Shown: piece after piece, positions 8,778 through 16,945 of the stretch | Position numbering within the stretch: the first letter of the stretch is position 1 | Layout of the letters: each line of letters starts with the position of its first letter | Source: an uncultured Spirochaetaceae bacterium | GTDB lineage: Bacteria; Spirochaetota; Spirochaetia; SZUA-6; Bin103 | DNA length: 42,718 nucleotides | NCBI GenBank assembly: GCA_964346995.1 | Contig: CAYFXT010000001.1 | Location: 1-42,718 of the forward strand | Reading direction: 5' to 3' | Made by a program: the position numbers and the translations under genes | Notes under the pieces: generated by a model | The model's input: the letters and a program-made list of their open reading frames with translations, nothing else | Databases searched by the model: none | Told to the model about the DNA's origin: nothing

Positions 8778-9284
8778 TTAGAAGATATCGAACTCGCTGC
8801 CCTCGCTGTGTTCCGTATTGCCCTGCTCCGGATTGCCTTCCTCGGCGTCCGCTTCCTCGGTGCCCGGCTTGTCGGAACCATCGGACTGTGCCTCATCGGA
8901 GGCGGCCTCTCCGCGAGCGGCTTCCGACTCGTCCGCCGCATCGAACAGCTTCGGTTCATCCGTCTGCGGCACCGCCTCCGACGATTCCTCGGTACCGCCG
9001 AGCTGCCTGCCGAGTTGTTCGAGGGTGCGGTTGATGGTGGCCGCGATCTCTTCCTGCTCGGAGCGAAGGTGACTCAGCCGTTCCTCCAGATCCTGCCGCT
9101 TGCGGTCCGATTCCTCGCGCGCGCGCTCCGATGCCGACAACCGGGACTGCAGTTCGGCCGACCGCTCCTCGCTGGCGGCCACTTCCTCGCGCAGGCTGGC
9201 ATTGGCTGAGCGCAAATCGCGGACCAGGACGAGAATGCGTTCGACGTGCGTTTCCAGGTGGTGGATCTGTTCGACGGTACTCAC
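8778..9284 (-). CDS. ZapB-like coiled-coil cell-division protein with an acidic C-terminal tail
   Basis: The N-terminal 100 aa are heptad-rich ([43 protein letters not shown]). It lies immediately upstream of zapA. The GTG start at 9284 overlaps the rplT TGA (9281-9283) as GTGA. Confidence 0.6.
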   Translation of the reverse strand: MSTVEQIHHLETHVERILVLVRDLRSANASLREEVAASEERSAELQSRLSASERAREESDRKRQDLEERLSHLRSEQEEIAATINRTLEQLGRQLGGTEESSEAVPQTDEPKLFDAADESEAARGEAASDEAQSDGSDKPGTEEADAEEGNPEQGNTEHSEGSEFDIF

Positions 9285-9661
9285 GTTGTGCTCGCGGCCT
9301 CCTGCCGGCTCCGTACCGCTTCGCGGGCAACGTCAACCAGCTTGGCGAACGTCTCGGGATCCTGGATCGCCAGGTTGGAGAGCGCCTTCCGGTCCAGGGC
9401 CACCTCGGCCAGAGTCAGGCCGTGCATGAACTCCGAATAGCGCGTGCCCTGCATCCGGCAGGCAGCCGAAATACGCGCGATCCACAGGGTGCGAAAATCG
9501 CGCTTGCGGCGCCGACGGTCACGGTAGGAATAGGCAAGCGCCTTGGCCACCGCGTCCTTGGCCGGTCGAAACAACTTACTTCGGCGACCCCAATAGCCCT
9601 TTGCGGACTTGAGGATCTTGCGCCGCCGGGCGTGACGCCGCCCGCTGCCGGCTCTCGGCAT
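9281..9661 (-). CDS. rplT: 50S ribosomal protein L20
   Basis: The sequence [50 protein letters not shown] is an unmistakable L20. A GGGAG SD lies 7 nt upstream of ATG 9661. Confidence 0.97.
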   Translation of the reverse strand: MPRAGSGRRHARRRKILKSAKGYWGRRSKLFRPAKDAVAKALAYSYRDRRRRKRDFRTLWIARISAACRMQGTRYSEFMHGLTLAEVALDRKALSNLAIQDPETFAKLVDVAREAVRSRQEAASTT

Positions 9662-9702
9662 GATCTAGCTCCCTATTAGGTGGTCAGGGTTGACCGCACG
9701 GG

Positions 9703-9900
9703 CTATCCGTACGGAATGAGCTGCTTCGCCCTTTTGGTCTCGGCGGCACTCAAGGTCGCGCCGTGCCGCAGCTTCCTCTTCCGCTTGCGGCTCTTCTTGG
9801 TAAGGATGTGCCGCAGCCCCTGCTTCTTGTACTTGACCTTGCCGCTGCCGGTAATCGAATACCGTTTCGCGGCGCTCTTACGTGTCTTGTTTTTTGGCAC
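9703..9900 (-). CDS. rpmI: 50S ribosomal protein L35
   Basis: The 65-aa product (M)[36 protein letters not shown] is L35. The GTG start at 9900 lies inside the last 23 nt of infC. Confidence 0.93.
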   Translation of the reverse strand: MPKNKTRKSAAKRYSITGSGKVKYKKQGLRHILTKKSRKRKRKLRHGATLSAAETKRAKQLIPYG

Positions 9901-10471
9901 GGTTCGATTCTCGTCTTGGCTGAGGCGCAGCGTTCGCCGCCCGCGCCACCGCCTTGGCGGCCGCGCCGGGGCTGAGAAACATCGACATGAAACGCCCTTC
10001 CATCTGCGGTCGGCGCTCGAGAACGGCAAAGTCTTCGAGAATATCCAGAATCCGGCCGAGCACGTCGCGGCCGATTTCAGTGTGAGCCAGCTCCCGGCCG
10101 CGGAAGCGGATCGTGACCTTCACCTTGTTGCCCTCTTCGAGAAACTGGCGCACCTGCCGAGCCTTGAACTGCAGGTCGTGTCTCTCGATCTTGGGCTGCA
10201 TGCGGATCTCCTTGAGCTTGCCAAGCTTCTGCTTGCGCTTCGACTCCTTGATCCGCTTCTCCTGCTCGAACTTGAACTTGCCGTAGTCGAGAATCTTGCA
10301 CACCGGCGGACGGGCCATGGGTGAGACTTCAACCAGATCCAACCCGTTGGTGCGGGCCAACTCCATCGCCCGCTCGGTAGCCACCACGCCGGCCTGACGG
10401 CCGTCCTCGCTGATGAGCCGTACTTCCGGCACGCGAATCATGTCATTTATTCTCAATCTGCGTTCGGCCAA
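9878..10471 (-). CDS. infC: Translation initiation factor IF-3
   Basis: The sequence [24 protein letters not shown]...LDLVEVSP...[17 protein letters not shown] matches IF-3. It uses a non-ATG (TTG) start at 10471, preceded by AGGAGG with a 4-nt spacer. A non-canonical start codon is typical of infC. Confidence 0.95.
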   Translation of the reverse strand: MAERRLRINDMIRVPEVRLISEDGRQAGVVATERAMELARTNGLDLVEVSPMARPPVCKILDYGKFKFEQEKRIKESKRKQKLGKLKEIRMQPKIERHDLQFKARQVRQFLEEGNKVKVTIRFRGRELAHTEIGRDVLGRILDILEDFAVLERRPQMEGRFMSMFLSPGAAAKAVARAANAAPQPRRESNRAKKQDT

Positions 10472-10479
10472 TCGACCTC

Positions 10480-10497
10480 CTCAGGACGCGACCTGAG
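10480..10497 (-). promoter_or_regulatory. Stem-loop in the infC leader abutting the Shine-Dalgarno sequence
   Basis: The minus-strand RNA reads CUCAGG-ucgcgu-CCUGAG, immediately followed by GAGGucgaUUG. The 3' arm supplies the first bases of the GAGGAGG SD. Confidence 0.3.
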
Positions 10498-10625
10498 TAC
10501 GACAGCGGTACCTGTTCGCGCCGGAATGTTCATCTCATGTCGCCGGATCGCCACTTCCCGGATGGACACTTCGCCAGGATCCACGCTGCATCCGGATCCA
10601 CACGGTAGCGCACCGACGGGATACC

Positions 10626-10655
10626 AGTATAGCAGGATGCGCGCCGCCGGGTCAA
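10626..10655 (-). promoter_or_regulatory. Sigma70-like promoter for infC-rpmI-rplT-zapB-zapA
   Basis: On the minus strand the -35 is TTGACC (10655-10650), followed by an 18-nt spacer and the -10 TATACT (10631-10626). It lies in the only non-coding stretch between metW and infC and predicts a ~145-nt leader. Confidence 0.45.
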
Positions 10656-10678
10656 AGCGTCGATGCAACTCATGCAGA

Positions 10679-11299
10679 TCATGATGGCGCGGCGCTGCTC
10701 GACAGCACGAACAGTACCTCGGTAGCGCGCCAGTTGGCCAGCCACGGGCTGATCGTGCCGCGCTTGGAGATGGCGATCTCCTTGAGAATGGCGATTCGCG
10801 CCCTGCGGCAATACTCGATGAAGTCCTTGCGCGTGCACAAGTGGATGTTGGGAGTATTGTACCACATGTAAGGCAGATCGCGCGTAACCGGCATCCGCCC
10901 GCTGAACAGGAATTGCAGGCGCACCCGAGAGTAACCGAAGTTGGGGAACGACACGATGGCGCGCCTGCCGACGCGCAGCATCTCGGTCAGGACCAGCAGC
11001 GGTCTATGGGTGGCCTGCAGGGTCTGGTTGAGGATTACGTACTCGTAGCTGCCGGTGGCGTAGTCGCGCAGCCCCTCGTCCAGGTCGCCCTGGAACACCG
11101 AGATCCCCTTGGCGATGCTTTCGATGATCATCGACTCCTGTATGTCGACGCCCCGTCCGCGCACCTGCTTGGCGGCGATCAGGCGGTGCAGCAACTCGCC
11201 GTCGCCACAGCCGAGATCGAGCACGCTGCTGCCCGCGGGGACCAGCTTGACGATCTCGTCGTAGTCGATGTGCGGACGACCCGACTGCGGATCGCTCAT
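10679..11299 (-). CDS. metW: Methionine biosynthesis protein MetW
   Basis: The sequences VLDLGCGDGELL...VILNQTLQATHRP...AIVSFPNFGYSRVRLQFLFSGRMPVT...WYNTPNIHLCT form the MetW signature. It is ATGA-coupled to metX (11296-11299). Confidence 0.9.
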   Translation of the reverse strand: MSDPQSGRPHIDYDEIVKLVPAGSSVLDLGCGDGELLHRLIAAKQVRGRGVDIQESMIIESIAKGISVFQGDLDEGLRDYATGSYEYVILNQTLQATHRPLLVLTEMLRVGRRAIVSFPNFGYSRVRLQFLFSGRMPVTRDLPYMWYNTPNIHLCTRKDFIEYCRRARIAILKEIAISKRGTISPWLANWRATEVLFVLSSSAAPS

Positions 11300-12528
11300 T
11301 GCCGGCTGCCCGGCCGGCTGCTGCCCGCGCTTGCCAGGAAGGAGCGGATGATGCGTGTCTGTCGTTCGGTTTCGATCAGGAACGAGTCGTGGCCGTGCGG
11401 GCTGTCGATCTCGACGTAGGAAACGTCGTTGCCGGCCTGCATGAGGGCGCTCACGATCGCCTTCGATTGGCGCGACGGATAAAGCCAGTCCGAGGTAAAG
11501 GAGACCAGCAGGAACTTGGCGTGGCTCCGGTCGAAGGCGGCGGCCAGGCTGCCGGGGCGGCCGTTCAGGTCGTAGTAATCCATCGCTTTGGTGATGTACA
11601 GGTAGGAGTTGGCGTCGAACTGATCGGCGAACTGGCGCCCCTTGTAATCGAGGTAGCTCTCCACTTCGAATTCGTGGGAGAAGTCGTACTCGAACCGTTC
11701 CCGCTCCTGCAGCTTGCGCCCGAACCGCTTCCCGAGCGACTCGTCCGACAGGTAGGTAAGGTGGCCGACCATGCGGGCCGTGGCCAGACCGCGCCGCGGC
11801 TGGTCGCGGCCGTAGTAATCGCCGTCGCGCCAGCCGGCGTCGGTGGTGATGGCGTTACGTCCGATGGCGTGAAAGGCGATGCCCTGCGCGGAAATGGTAG
11901 CGGTGGAAGCGAGAATGATCGCCGACTGCACCATCTCCGGGAAGCGCACCGTCCACTCCAGCGCTTGCATGCCCCCCATCGACCCGCCGGCAACGCAATG
12001 GATATGGTCGAGGCCGAGGTGGCGCACCAGTTCCCGCTGCGCGGTGACCATGTCGCCGATGGTGATCACCGGGAAGTTCAGACCGTACGGCTTGCCGGTG
12101 GCGGGATCGATCGACGCGGGTCCGGTGCTGCCGTGACAGCCACCGATGAAGTTGGAACAGACGACGAAGTAGCGGTTGGTGTCGAACGCCTTGCCGGGAC
12201 CGATCATCGCGTCCCACCACCCCGGACGCCGGTCTTCGGGCGTGTGGTATCCCGCTGCGTGGTGGCTGCCCGAGGTAGCGTGGAACACCAGCACCGTGTT
12301 GTCGCGTGCGGCATTCAGCTCTCCGTAGGTTTCGTAGCGAACGTTGATCGGGCCGAGGCTGCGACCACTCTCCAGAACCATCAGGTCGGGCGACTCCGCA
12401 AATGCGTAGTCGTACGGCTCCACCAGACCGACCGATGACGGATGCTGCCACGGATGCGGCGTGGCCGGCGAAGTGGGTCTCGACGTGCTGTTCATGTGGA
12501 GAAGGCGCGGGATCCGGTCCGCTTCCAA
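11296..12528 (-). CDS. metX: Homoserine O-acetyltransferase MetX
   Basis: The sequence FVVCSNFIGGCHGSTGPAS...GLNFPVITIGDMV...VAGGSMGGMQALEW shows the alpha/beta-hydrolase nucleophile elbow GxSxGG. The start is either TTG 12528 or ATG 12495, and the putative promoter at 12547-12576 is compatible with both. Confidence 0.92.
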   Translation of the reverse strand: MEADRIPRLLHMNSTSRPTSPATPHPWQHPSSVGLVEPYDYAFAESPDLMVLESGRSLGPINVRYETYGELNAARDNTVLVFHATSGSHHAAGYHTPEDRRPGWWDAMIGPGKAFDTNRYFVVCSNFIGGCHGSTGPASIDPATGKPYGLNFPVITIGDMVTAQRELVRHLGLDHIHCVAGGSMGGMQALEWTVRFPEMVQSAIILASTATISAQGIAFHAIGRNAITTDAGWRDGDYYGRDQPRRGLATARMVGHLTYLSDESLGKRFGRKLQERERFEYDFSHEFEVESYLDYKGRQFADQFDANSYLYITKAMDYYDLNGRPGSLAAAFDRSHAKFLLVSFTSDWLYPSRQSKAIVSALMQAGNDVSYVEIDSPHGHDSFLIETERQTRIIRSFLASAGSSRPGSRQ

Positions 12529-12546
12529 CGAGCGGGGAGTAGCGGT

Positions 12547-12576
12547 ACTTTACGGCCATCATTCCGAATATGTCAA
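12547..12576 (-). promoter_or_regulatory. Sigma70-like promoter for metX-metW
   Basis: On the minus strand the -35 is TTGACA (12576-12571), followed by an 18-nt spacer and the -10 TAAAGT (12552-12547). It sits in a locally AT-rich patch of an otherwise GC-rich intergenic region. Confidence 0.4.
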
Positions 12577-12680
12577 ACCGAACCACTGCCCTTGCACTCT
12601 CACCGGCCTGGGCGCCGCGTGTCCGCGCAGGCGTGGGCGCGCCACGATCACGGCGCCACCCGGACCCGAGCGGGCGGAGG

Positions 12681-13649
12681 ATGTACGCCGTCGCGCTCTC
12701 CCTGCTGGTGGTGGGATGCGCCTCCGGCCCGGCTGCGCGACCGGCGCACGAAGCGGTGGGGCCGGCGCCGGCCGATGCGCAACTGGTCGTTACCGTACGC
12801 CAGCCACTGCTCGACGACGTCCTGGTGCATTTCGATGCAAACGCCCTGCTGCCCGCCGGACTGGATATGGATGCCCAGGCGCTGTCCGCCTCGACCCAGC
12901 GTCTGGTCATGAGCGTGCTGCCCGAGGAACGCGGCACGACGCTGGCACTGGTGCCCTCGGGGCGCTATCCGGCGCAACTGATGGGCTGGCAGCTCCACCT
13001 CAGCAGACTGGAGTTTCACACCGTCGACGACAGCGGGGTGCGGCACTTCTGGAGCAACCCGGCAACCGGTTTCGGCATCCTGGTGTTCCCCAACCTGATC
13101 TTCCTGTTCTGGCTCGATCCCGCCCGGGTCGAGGTATCCGACAGCAACGCCCCCGAGGTAGAGAAGATGATACAACTTGCGCTGTACGGATCGCCGGTAC
13201 CGATCCACCGTTCCGCCGCGCGGCTGAGCGGCGCGGACGTGTTCGTCTACCTGACCGACGCCGTCGCTCTGGCCGAGCAGTACGATCCCTCGATCGGGCC
13301 TGCCGCGGCACGGGTACCGACGCAGGCGGCCTGGATTGCCGGCGAAGTAGCTGGTGGCGGCGCCGGTGAGCAGGTGGCACTGATGGGGGAAATCGCCGTG
13401 CGGGCCGACGATCCCGAGCCGTTCGTGGCGCTTGCCCGGTTGCTGCTGGTCACCCTGTTGCGGCAGTTCGACCTGCTGAACACGGGGCGGCTGCGCGCGG
13501 TGGAGGTGTCGGCCAGCGAAACGGGCATCATCGAGTTCACCGGCCTGCAGCTTCCGCGGCCGGTGATGGTGGAGTTGTTGGAAGCCATGCTGAGTGGAGA
13601 TGACCAGAGAGGTCTCGATGAGGAGGCGCGGTCACGCCGCGACCCATGA
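12681..13649 (+). CDS. Hypothetical lipoprotein
   Basis: From ATG 12681 the product starts MYAVALSLLVVGCASG, a signal peptide plus the lipobox LVVG|C. I recognise no family for the remaining 322 aa. Confidence 0.65.
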   Translation: MYAVALSLLVVGCASGPAARPAHEAVGPAPADAQLVVTVRQPLLDDVLVHFDANALLPAGLDMDAQALSASTQRLVMSVLPEERGTTLALVPSGRYPAQLMGWQLHLSRLEFHTVDDSGVRHFWSNPATGFGILVFPNLIFLFWLDPARVEVSDSNAPEVEKMIQLALYGSPVPIHRSAARLSGADVFVYLTDAVALAEQYDPSIGPAAARVPTQAAWIAGEVAGGGAGEQVALMGEIAVRADDPEPFVALARLLLVTLLRQFDLLNTGRLRAVEVSASETGIIEFTGLQLPRPVMVELLEAMLSGDDQRGLDEEARSRRDP

Positions 13650-13653
13650 GCCC

Positions 13654-14322
13654 ATGAAGATCGAAACCCAGGCAGCGGAGGTTGGCCGTCCTGTTCGGGT
13701 CAGGCGCCGTGACGAACTGGTGATCGTCGACTACGAGGCGGGCAACCTGCGCAGCGTGCAATTGGCGGTGGCGCACCTCGGCGCCGCCGCGGTCACCAGT
13801 GCCGATCCGGAGCGAGTGCGCCATGCGCGGCGGGTGATATTTCCGGGCGTCGGAGGCGCCGACGCCGCGATGGCGGTGTTGCGCAGCCGCGGGCTCGACG
13901 ATTCCCTGCGTGAGGTGCACCGGGCGGGGCGGCCGATGCTGGGCATCTGCGTCGGCTGTCAGGTAGTGTTCGACTCGTCGCAGGAGGGGCCGACCGAGTG
14001 CCTGGGCCTCGTCCCGGGCCGGGTGACGCGCCTGCTGCCGGCACCCGGACGCAAGGTGCCGCACATGGGCTGGAACGTCGTGCGGCAGCGCCGGCAGCAT
14101 CCGGTCGTGGCCGGCATCGCAGACGGGGCCCGGTTCTACTTCGTCCACTCCTACAGCGTGTCGCCCGACCAGCCGGGGGTGACGGTAGGGGCAACCTGGT
14201 ACGGGCGCGAGTTTGCCGCCATCGTCGCCGCCGACAACATTGTGGCGACCCAGTTCCATGCCGAGAAGTCGGGCCGCTGGGGCCTGCAGTTGCTGGCCAA
14301 CTTCCTTGCCTGGAGTCCCTGA
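13654..14322 (+). CDS. hisH: Imidazole glycerol phosphate synthase, glutamine amidotransferase subunit HisH
   Basis: Contains [13 protein letters not shown], the catalytic-Cys block [11 protein letters not shown], and FVHSY...QFHAEKS. ATG 13654 lies just after the lipoprotein stop; the track's 13594 start overlaps that gene. Confidence 0.9.
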   Translation: MKIETQAAEVGRPVRVRRRDELVIVDYEAGNLRSVQLAVAHLGAAAVTSADPERVRHARRVIFPGVGGADAAMAVLRSRGLDDSLREVHRAGRPMLGICVGCQVVFDSSQEGPTECLGLVPGRVTRLLPAPGRKVPHMGWNVVRQRRQHPVVAGIADGARFYFVHSYSVSPDQPGVTVGATWYGREFAAIVAADNIVATQFHAEKSGRWGLQLLANFLAWSP

Positions 14323-14323
14323 A

Positions 14324-15121
14324 GTGGCGGACGCACAGAATACGGAGCGGGACGCACTGGCCAAACGGGTGATCGTGTGCCTGGACGTGCGCAACGGCAA
14401 GACCACCAAGGGGGTGCGCTTCCTCGACAACAAGGTGGTGGGTGACCCGGTAGTCATGGCGCAGCGGTACTACCGGGACGGGGTCGATGAGCTGGTGTTC
14501 TACGACATCACCGCGTCCGCCGAGCGGCGCGGCATCATGCTGGACGTGGTGCGCCGGGTGGCGGAGCAGATCTTCATCCCGTTTGCCGTTGGCGGCGGTA
14601 TCGGATCGGTGGCCGACATGCGCGCGGTGTTGCTTGCCGGCGCCGAGAAGGTGTCGGTCAATTCGCAGGCGGTGCGCAACCCGCGCATCATCGGCGAGGG
14701 GGCAGCGGCGTTCGGCACCCAGTGCATCGTGCTGGGGCTGGACGCCAAGCAGGATGCCGCCATGCCGAGCGGCTACCGCGTGATGATCGACGGCATGCGC
14801 CGCGCGACCGATCTCGATGCGCTGGAATGGGCGCAGCGGGCGCAGGAACTGGGCGCCGGAGAAGTGGTGCTCAACGCCATCGACACCGACGGCGTGCAGG
14901 CCGGCTACGAGATGGAGGTGACGCGGCTGCTCGCCGACCGCCTTACCATCCCGGTGGTGGCGTCGGGAGGCGCAGGTACGCCCGACCACCTCTACGATGT
15001 GCTGGAAGAGGCCCATGCCGATGCTGCCCTGGTGGCCTCGATGGTGCACTTCGGCAGCTATACGGTAGGCGACATCAAGCGCGCGCTGGCTGCCCGCGGC
15101 GTGTGCATCCGCGAGCCGTAG
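14324..15121 (+). CDS. hisF: Imidazole glycerol phosphate synthase cyclase subunit HisF
   Basis: The sequence [20 protein letters not shown]...[11 protein letters not shown]...VGGGI...KVSVNS...ASGGAG is classic HisF. The in-frame GTG start at 14324 lies 1 nt after the hisH stop. Confidence 0.93.
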   Translation: MADAQNTERDALAKRVIVCLDVRNGKTTKGVRFLDNKVVGDPVVMAQRYYRDGVDELVFYDITASAERRGIMLDVVRRVAEQIFIPFAVGGGIGSVADMRAVLLAGAEKVSVNSQAVRNPRIIGEGAAAFGTQCIVLGLDAKQDAAMPSGYRVMIDGMRRATDLDALEWAQRAQELGAGEVVLNAIDTDGVQAGYEMEVTRLLADRLTIPVVASGGAGTPDHLYDVLEEAHADAALVASMVHFGSYTVGDIKRALAARGVCIREP

Positions 15122-15165
15122 CGGTCCGCGCGGCGCCGTCGCCTGGGCCGCCCGGGCCGGTGCAA

Positions 15166-15194
15166 TTGCTTTGGCGACGTGCGGGGATTATAGT
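15166..15194 (+). promoter_or_regulatory. Sigma70-like promoter upstream of the FmdB-family gene
   Basis: The -35 is TTGCTT (15166-15171), followed by a 17-nt spacer and the -10 TATAGT (15189-15194). It lies 42 nt upstream of ATG 15236. Confidence 0.4.
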
Positions 15195-15203
15195 AGAGCC
15201 ACC

Positions 15204-15228
15204 GAATCTGGAGATCAGAATCTGGAGA
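15204..15228 (+). repeat. Tandem 11-bp direct repeat GAATCTGGAGA (x2, 14-bp period) in the FmdB 5' UTR
   Basis: The two copies at 15204-15214 and 15218-15228 are identical. Each contains a GGAGA SD-like core, and the second lies 7 nt from the ATG. Confidence 0.85.
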
Positions 15229-15235
15229 ACATTGC

Positions 15236-15580
15236 ATGCCCACATACGACTATGAGTGCTCGAACGGACATCGGTTCGAATACCTGCAGTCGATTACCGC
15301 TGAACCCCTTACCGCGTGTGTGACCTGCGGCGAGACGGTGCGCCGGCTCATCGGCGGTGGCACCGGTATCATCTTCAAGGGATCCGGTTTCTACGTGACC
15401 GATTCGAAGAATGGAAGCCACGGCAGAAAGGCTGCCGCGAAGGACACGGACGCCACTCCCGCCGCCAAGGACAAGGACAAACCGGCGAAGAGCGAGGCCA
15501 AGAGCGGCACCGACTCTTCCCCATCCGGCAGCTCCCCATCCGGCAGCGACAAGCCGGCCAAGACCGCCGCGGCCACCTGA
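15236..15580 (+). CDS. FmdB-family zinc-ribbon protein (CxxC_CxxC_SSSS) with a Lys/Ala/Ser-rich tail
   Basis: MPTYDYECSNGHRFE...CVTCGETVRRL shows the four-Cys FmdB motif, followed by GSGFYVTD. The tail is low-complexity (SSPSGSSPSGS). Confidence 0.85.
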   Translation: MPTYDYECSNGHRFEYLQSITAEPLTACVTCGETVRRLIGGGTGIIFKGSGFYVTDSKNGSHGRKAAAKDTDATPAAKDKDKPAKSEAKSGTDSSPSGSSPSGSDKPAKTAAAT

Positions 15581-15697
15581 TCGCCGGGCCGCCTCTCCGG
15601 CGGCGACGCACCCTGTAGCCGACCGATCGGCAGGCGCGCCACTCCGCCATGCCTTGAGCCGACGAAACCGGAGCCCGCGCATCGCCGGCTGATCGGA

Positions 15698-16945
15698 TCA
15701 GCCCGCTTCCAGTTTCGGCGTGCGCATCGCGGCCATGCTCCGTTCGAGAAGAGATCCGAGTCCCAGCTTCTCGTAGGACGCCTGCAGTTCCGCCACCACC
15801 GGGTTGATGACCGGGTGGCGCGGCGCGAACAGCGTGCAGCAGTCGGGATAGGGGAGGATGGAAATGGCGAACGTCCCGATCCGCTGCGCGGCCGCGATGA
15901 TCGTTTCCTTGCCCTGACCGATCAGGGGGCGCAACACCGGCAATGCGGCGTAGCTCCCGGTGAGGTGCAGACTCGGCACCGTCTGGCTGGCGACCTGACC
16001 GAGGCTGTCGCCGGTGATCAGGCATTCGTGGCCGCGTTCGGCGGCGATCAGGCTGGCGATCCGCATCATCGCGCAGCGCGTCAGCAGGGTGATCTCCGCG
16101 CTCCGCGCGCGTTCCTTGATGCGCACCTGCACGTCGGTAAACGGTACGACGTGCAGGGCAAGATCGGGCAGGAAGCGGCGCAGCGCGACCGCCAGCCGGT
16201 GCACCTTCTGTTCCGCCTCCGCGGAGGTGAACGGGTAGGCGTGGAAGTACACCGCATCGACCGCCAGCCCGCGCCCGCCCATCAGATAGCCCGCGACCGG
16301 TGAGTCGATGCCCCCGGAGAGCAGCAACAGCCCGCGCCCCGAGCAACCCACCGGCAGGCCGCCCGGCCCGCGGTGCTGGTCGGCGTAGGCATAGATACGG
16401 TCGCGTACCTCCACGCGCACCGTGGCGCCGGGTTGGCGCACGTCGACGGTGAAGTCGGGGAGCCTGGCGCGCAGGAGGTCGCCGAGCAGGCAGGCGATCT
16501 CGTAGGAGTTGAGTGCGAAGCGCTTGTCCTCGCGCGTCGCTTCCACCTTGAAGCTGCGCGGACCCGGAAGTGCCGGTGCGCGGGCGCTACCGGCACTTGG
16601 ATATTCATCGTCTTCCGGGTCACGGAGTGACCTTGCCGACTCGGCACGGCTGCCGGCCAGCTCGGCGGCGACGAAGTCGGCCACCTGCGGAAACGACTCG
16701 GCACGCTTGGCGAATCCGGCCATGCGGGCGTACGACACCACGCCGAAGGTAGATGCCAGAATGTGTTCCGCCTCTGCGGCCAGGTGGTCCTCCACGGTCA
16801 TGAACACCCGGCCCCACGTGCGCCGCACCTGCGCCGCCCGGCGGGGCAGCCGCCGCGCGATGTTGCGCATCAGGCGTTGCTCGAACGCCAGCCGATTGGC
16901 GCCCTTGAGGGAGATTTCCCCGTACTTGACGAGGAACTCGGTCAC
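15698..16945 (-). CDS. thiI: tRNA 4-thiouridine(8) synthase ThiI (no rhodanese domain)
   Basis: It has an N-terminal ferredoxin-like/THUMP region (FLVKYGEISLKGANR) and the PP-loop LLLSGGIDSPVAGYLM. GTG 16945 overlaps the desulfurase TGA (16942-16944) as GTGA. The track's extra 58 N-terminal codons are Arg/Pro junk. Confidence 0.9.
   Translation of the reverse strand: MTEFLVKYGEISLKGANRLAFEQRLMRNIARRLPRRAAQVRRTWGRVFMTVEDHLAAEAEHILASTFGVVSYARMAGFAKRAESFPQVADFVAAELAGSRAESARSLRDPEDDEYPSAGSARAPALPGPRSFKVEATREDKRFALNSYEIACLLGDLLRARLPDFTVDVRQPGATVRVEVRDRIYAYADQHRGPGGLPVGCSGRGLLLLSGGIDSPVAGYLMGGRGLAVDAVYFHAYPFTSAEAEQKVHRLAVALRRFLPDLALHVVPFTDVQVRIKERARSAEITLLTRCAMMRIASLIAAERGHECLITGDSLGQVASQTVPSLHLTGSYAALPVLRPLIGQGKETIIAAAQRIGTFAISILPYPDCCTLFAPRHPVINPVVAELQASYEKLGLGSLLERSMAAMRTPKLEAG

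Noticed and set aside
12646-12652. Recurring GATCACG/CGTGATC heptamer (e.g. 12646, 19645/19682, 20540s, 21780s, 33084/33124, 36110s) as a possible shared regulatory motif
   Set aside because: About five occurrences of any 7-mer are expected by chance in 2 x 42.7 kb. Half of the hits lie inside coding sequence, and there is no consistent spacing or partner motif.
12496-12680. Possible SAM riboswitch upstream of metX
   Set aside because: The TTGACA-18-TAAAGT promoter leaves only about 12-45 nt of leader. I see none of the conserved SAM-I, SAM-II or SAM-IV core sequences on the minus strand. A proper covariance-model scan would be needed to exclude it fully.
13654-15121. hisH-hisF without hisA between them, as a possible sugar-modifying (WbuY/WbuZ-like) paralogue pair
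   Set aside because: Both proteins carry the full canonical HisH/HisF motifs and lengths. No glycosyltransferase or sugar-nucleotide genes are adjacent. The absence of hisA alone is insufficient, so this is treated as ordinary histidine biosynthesis.
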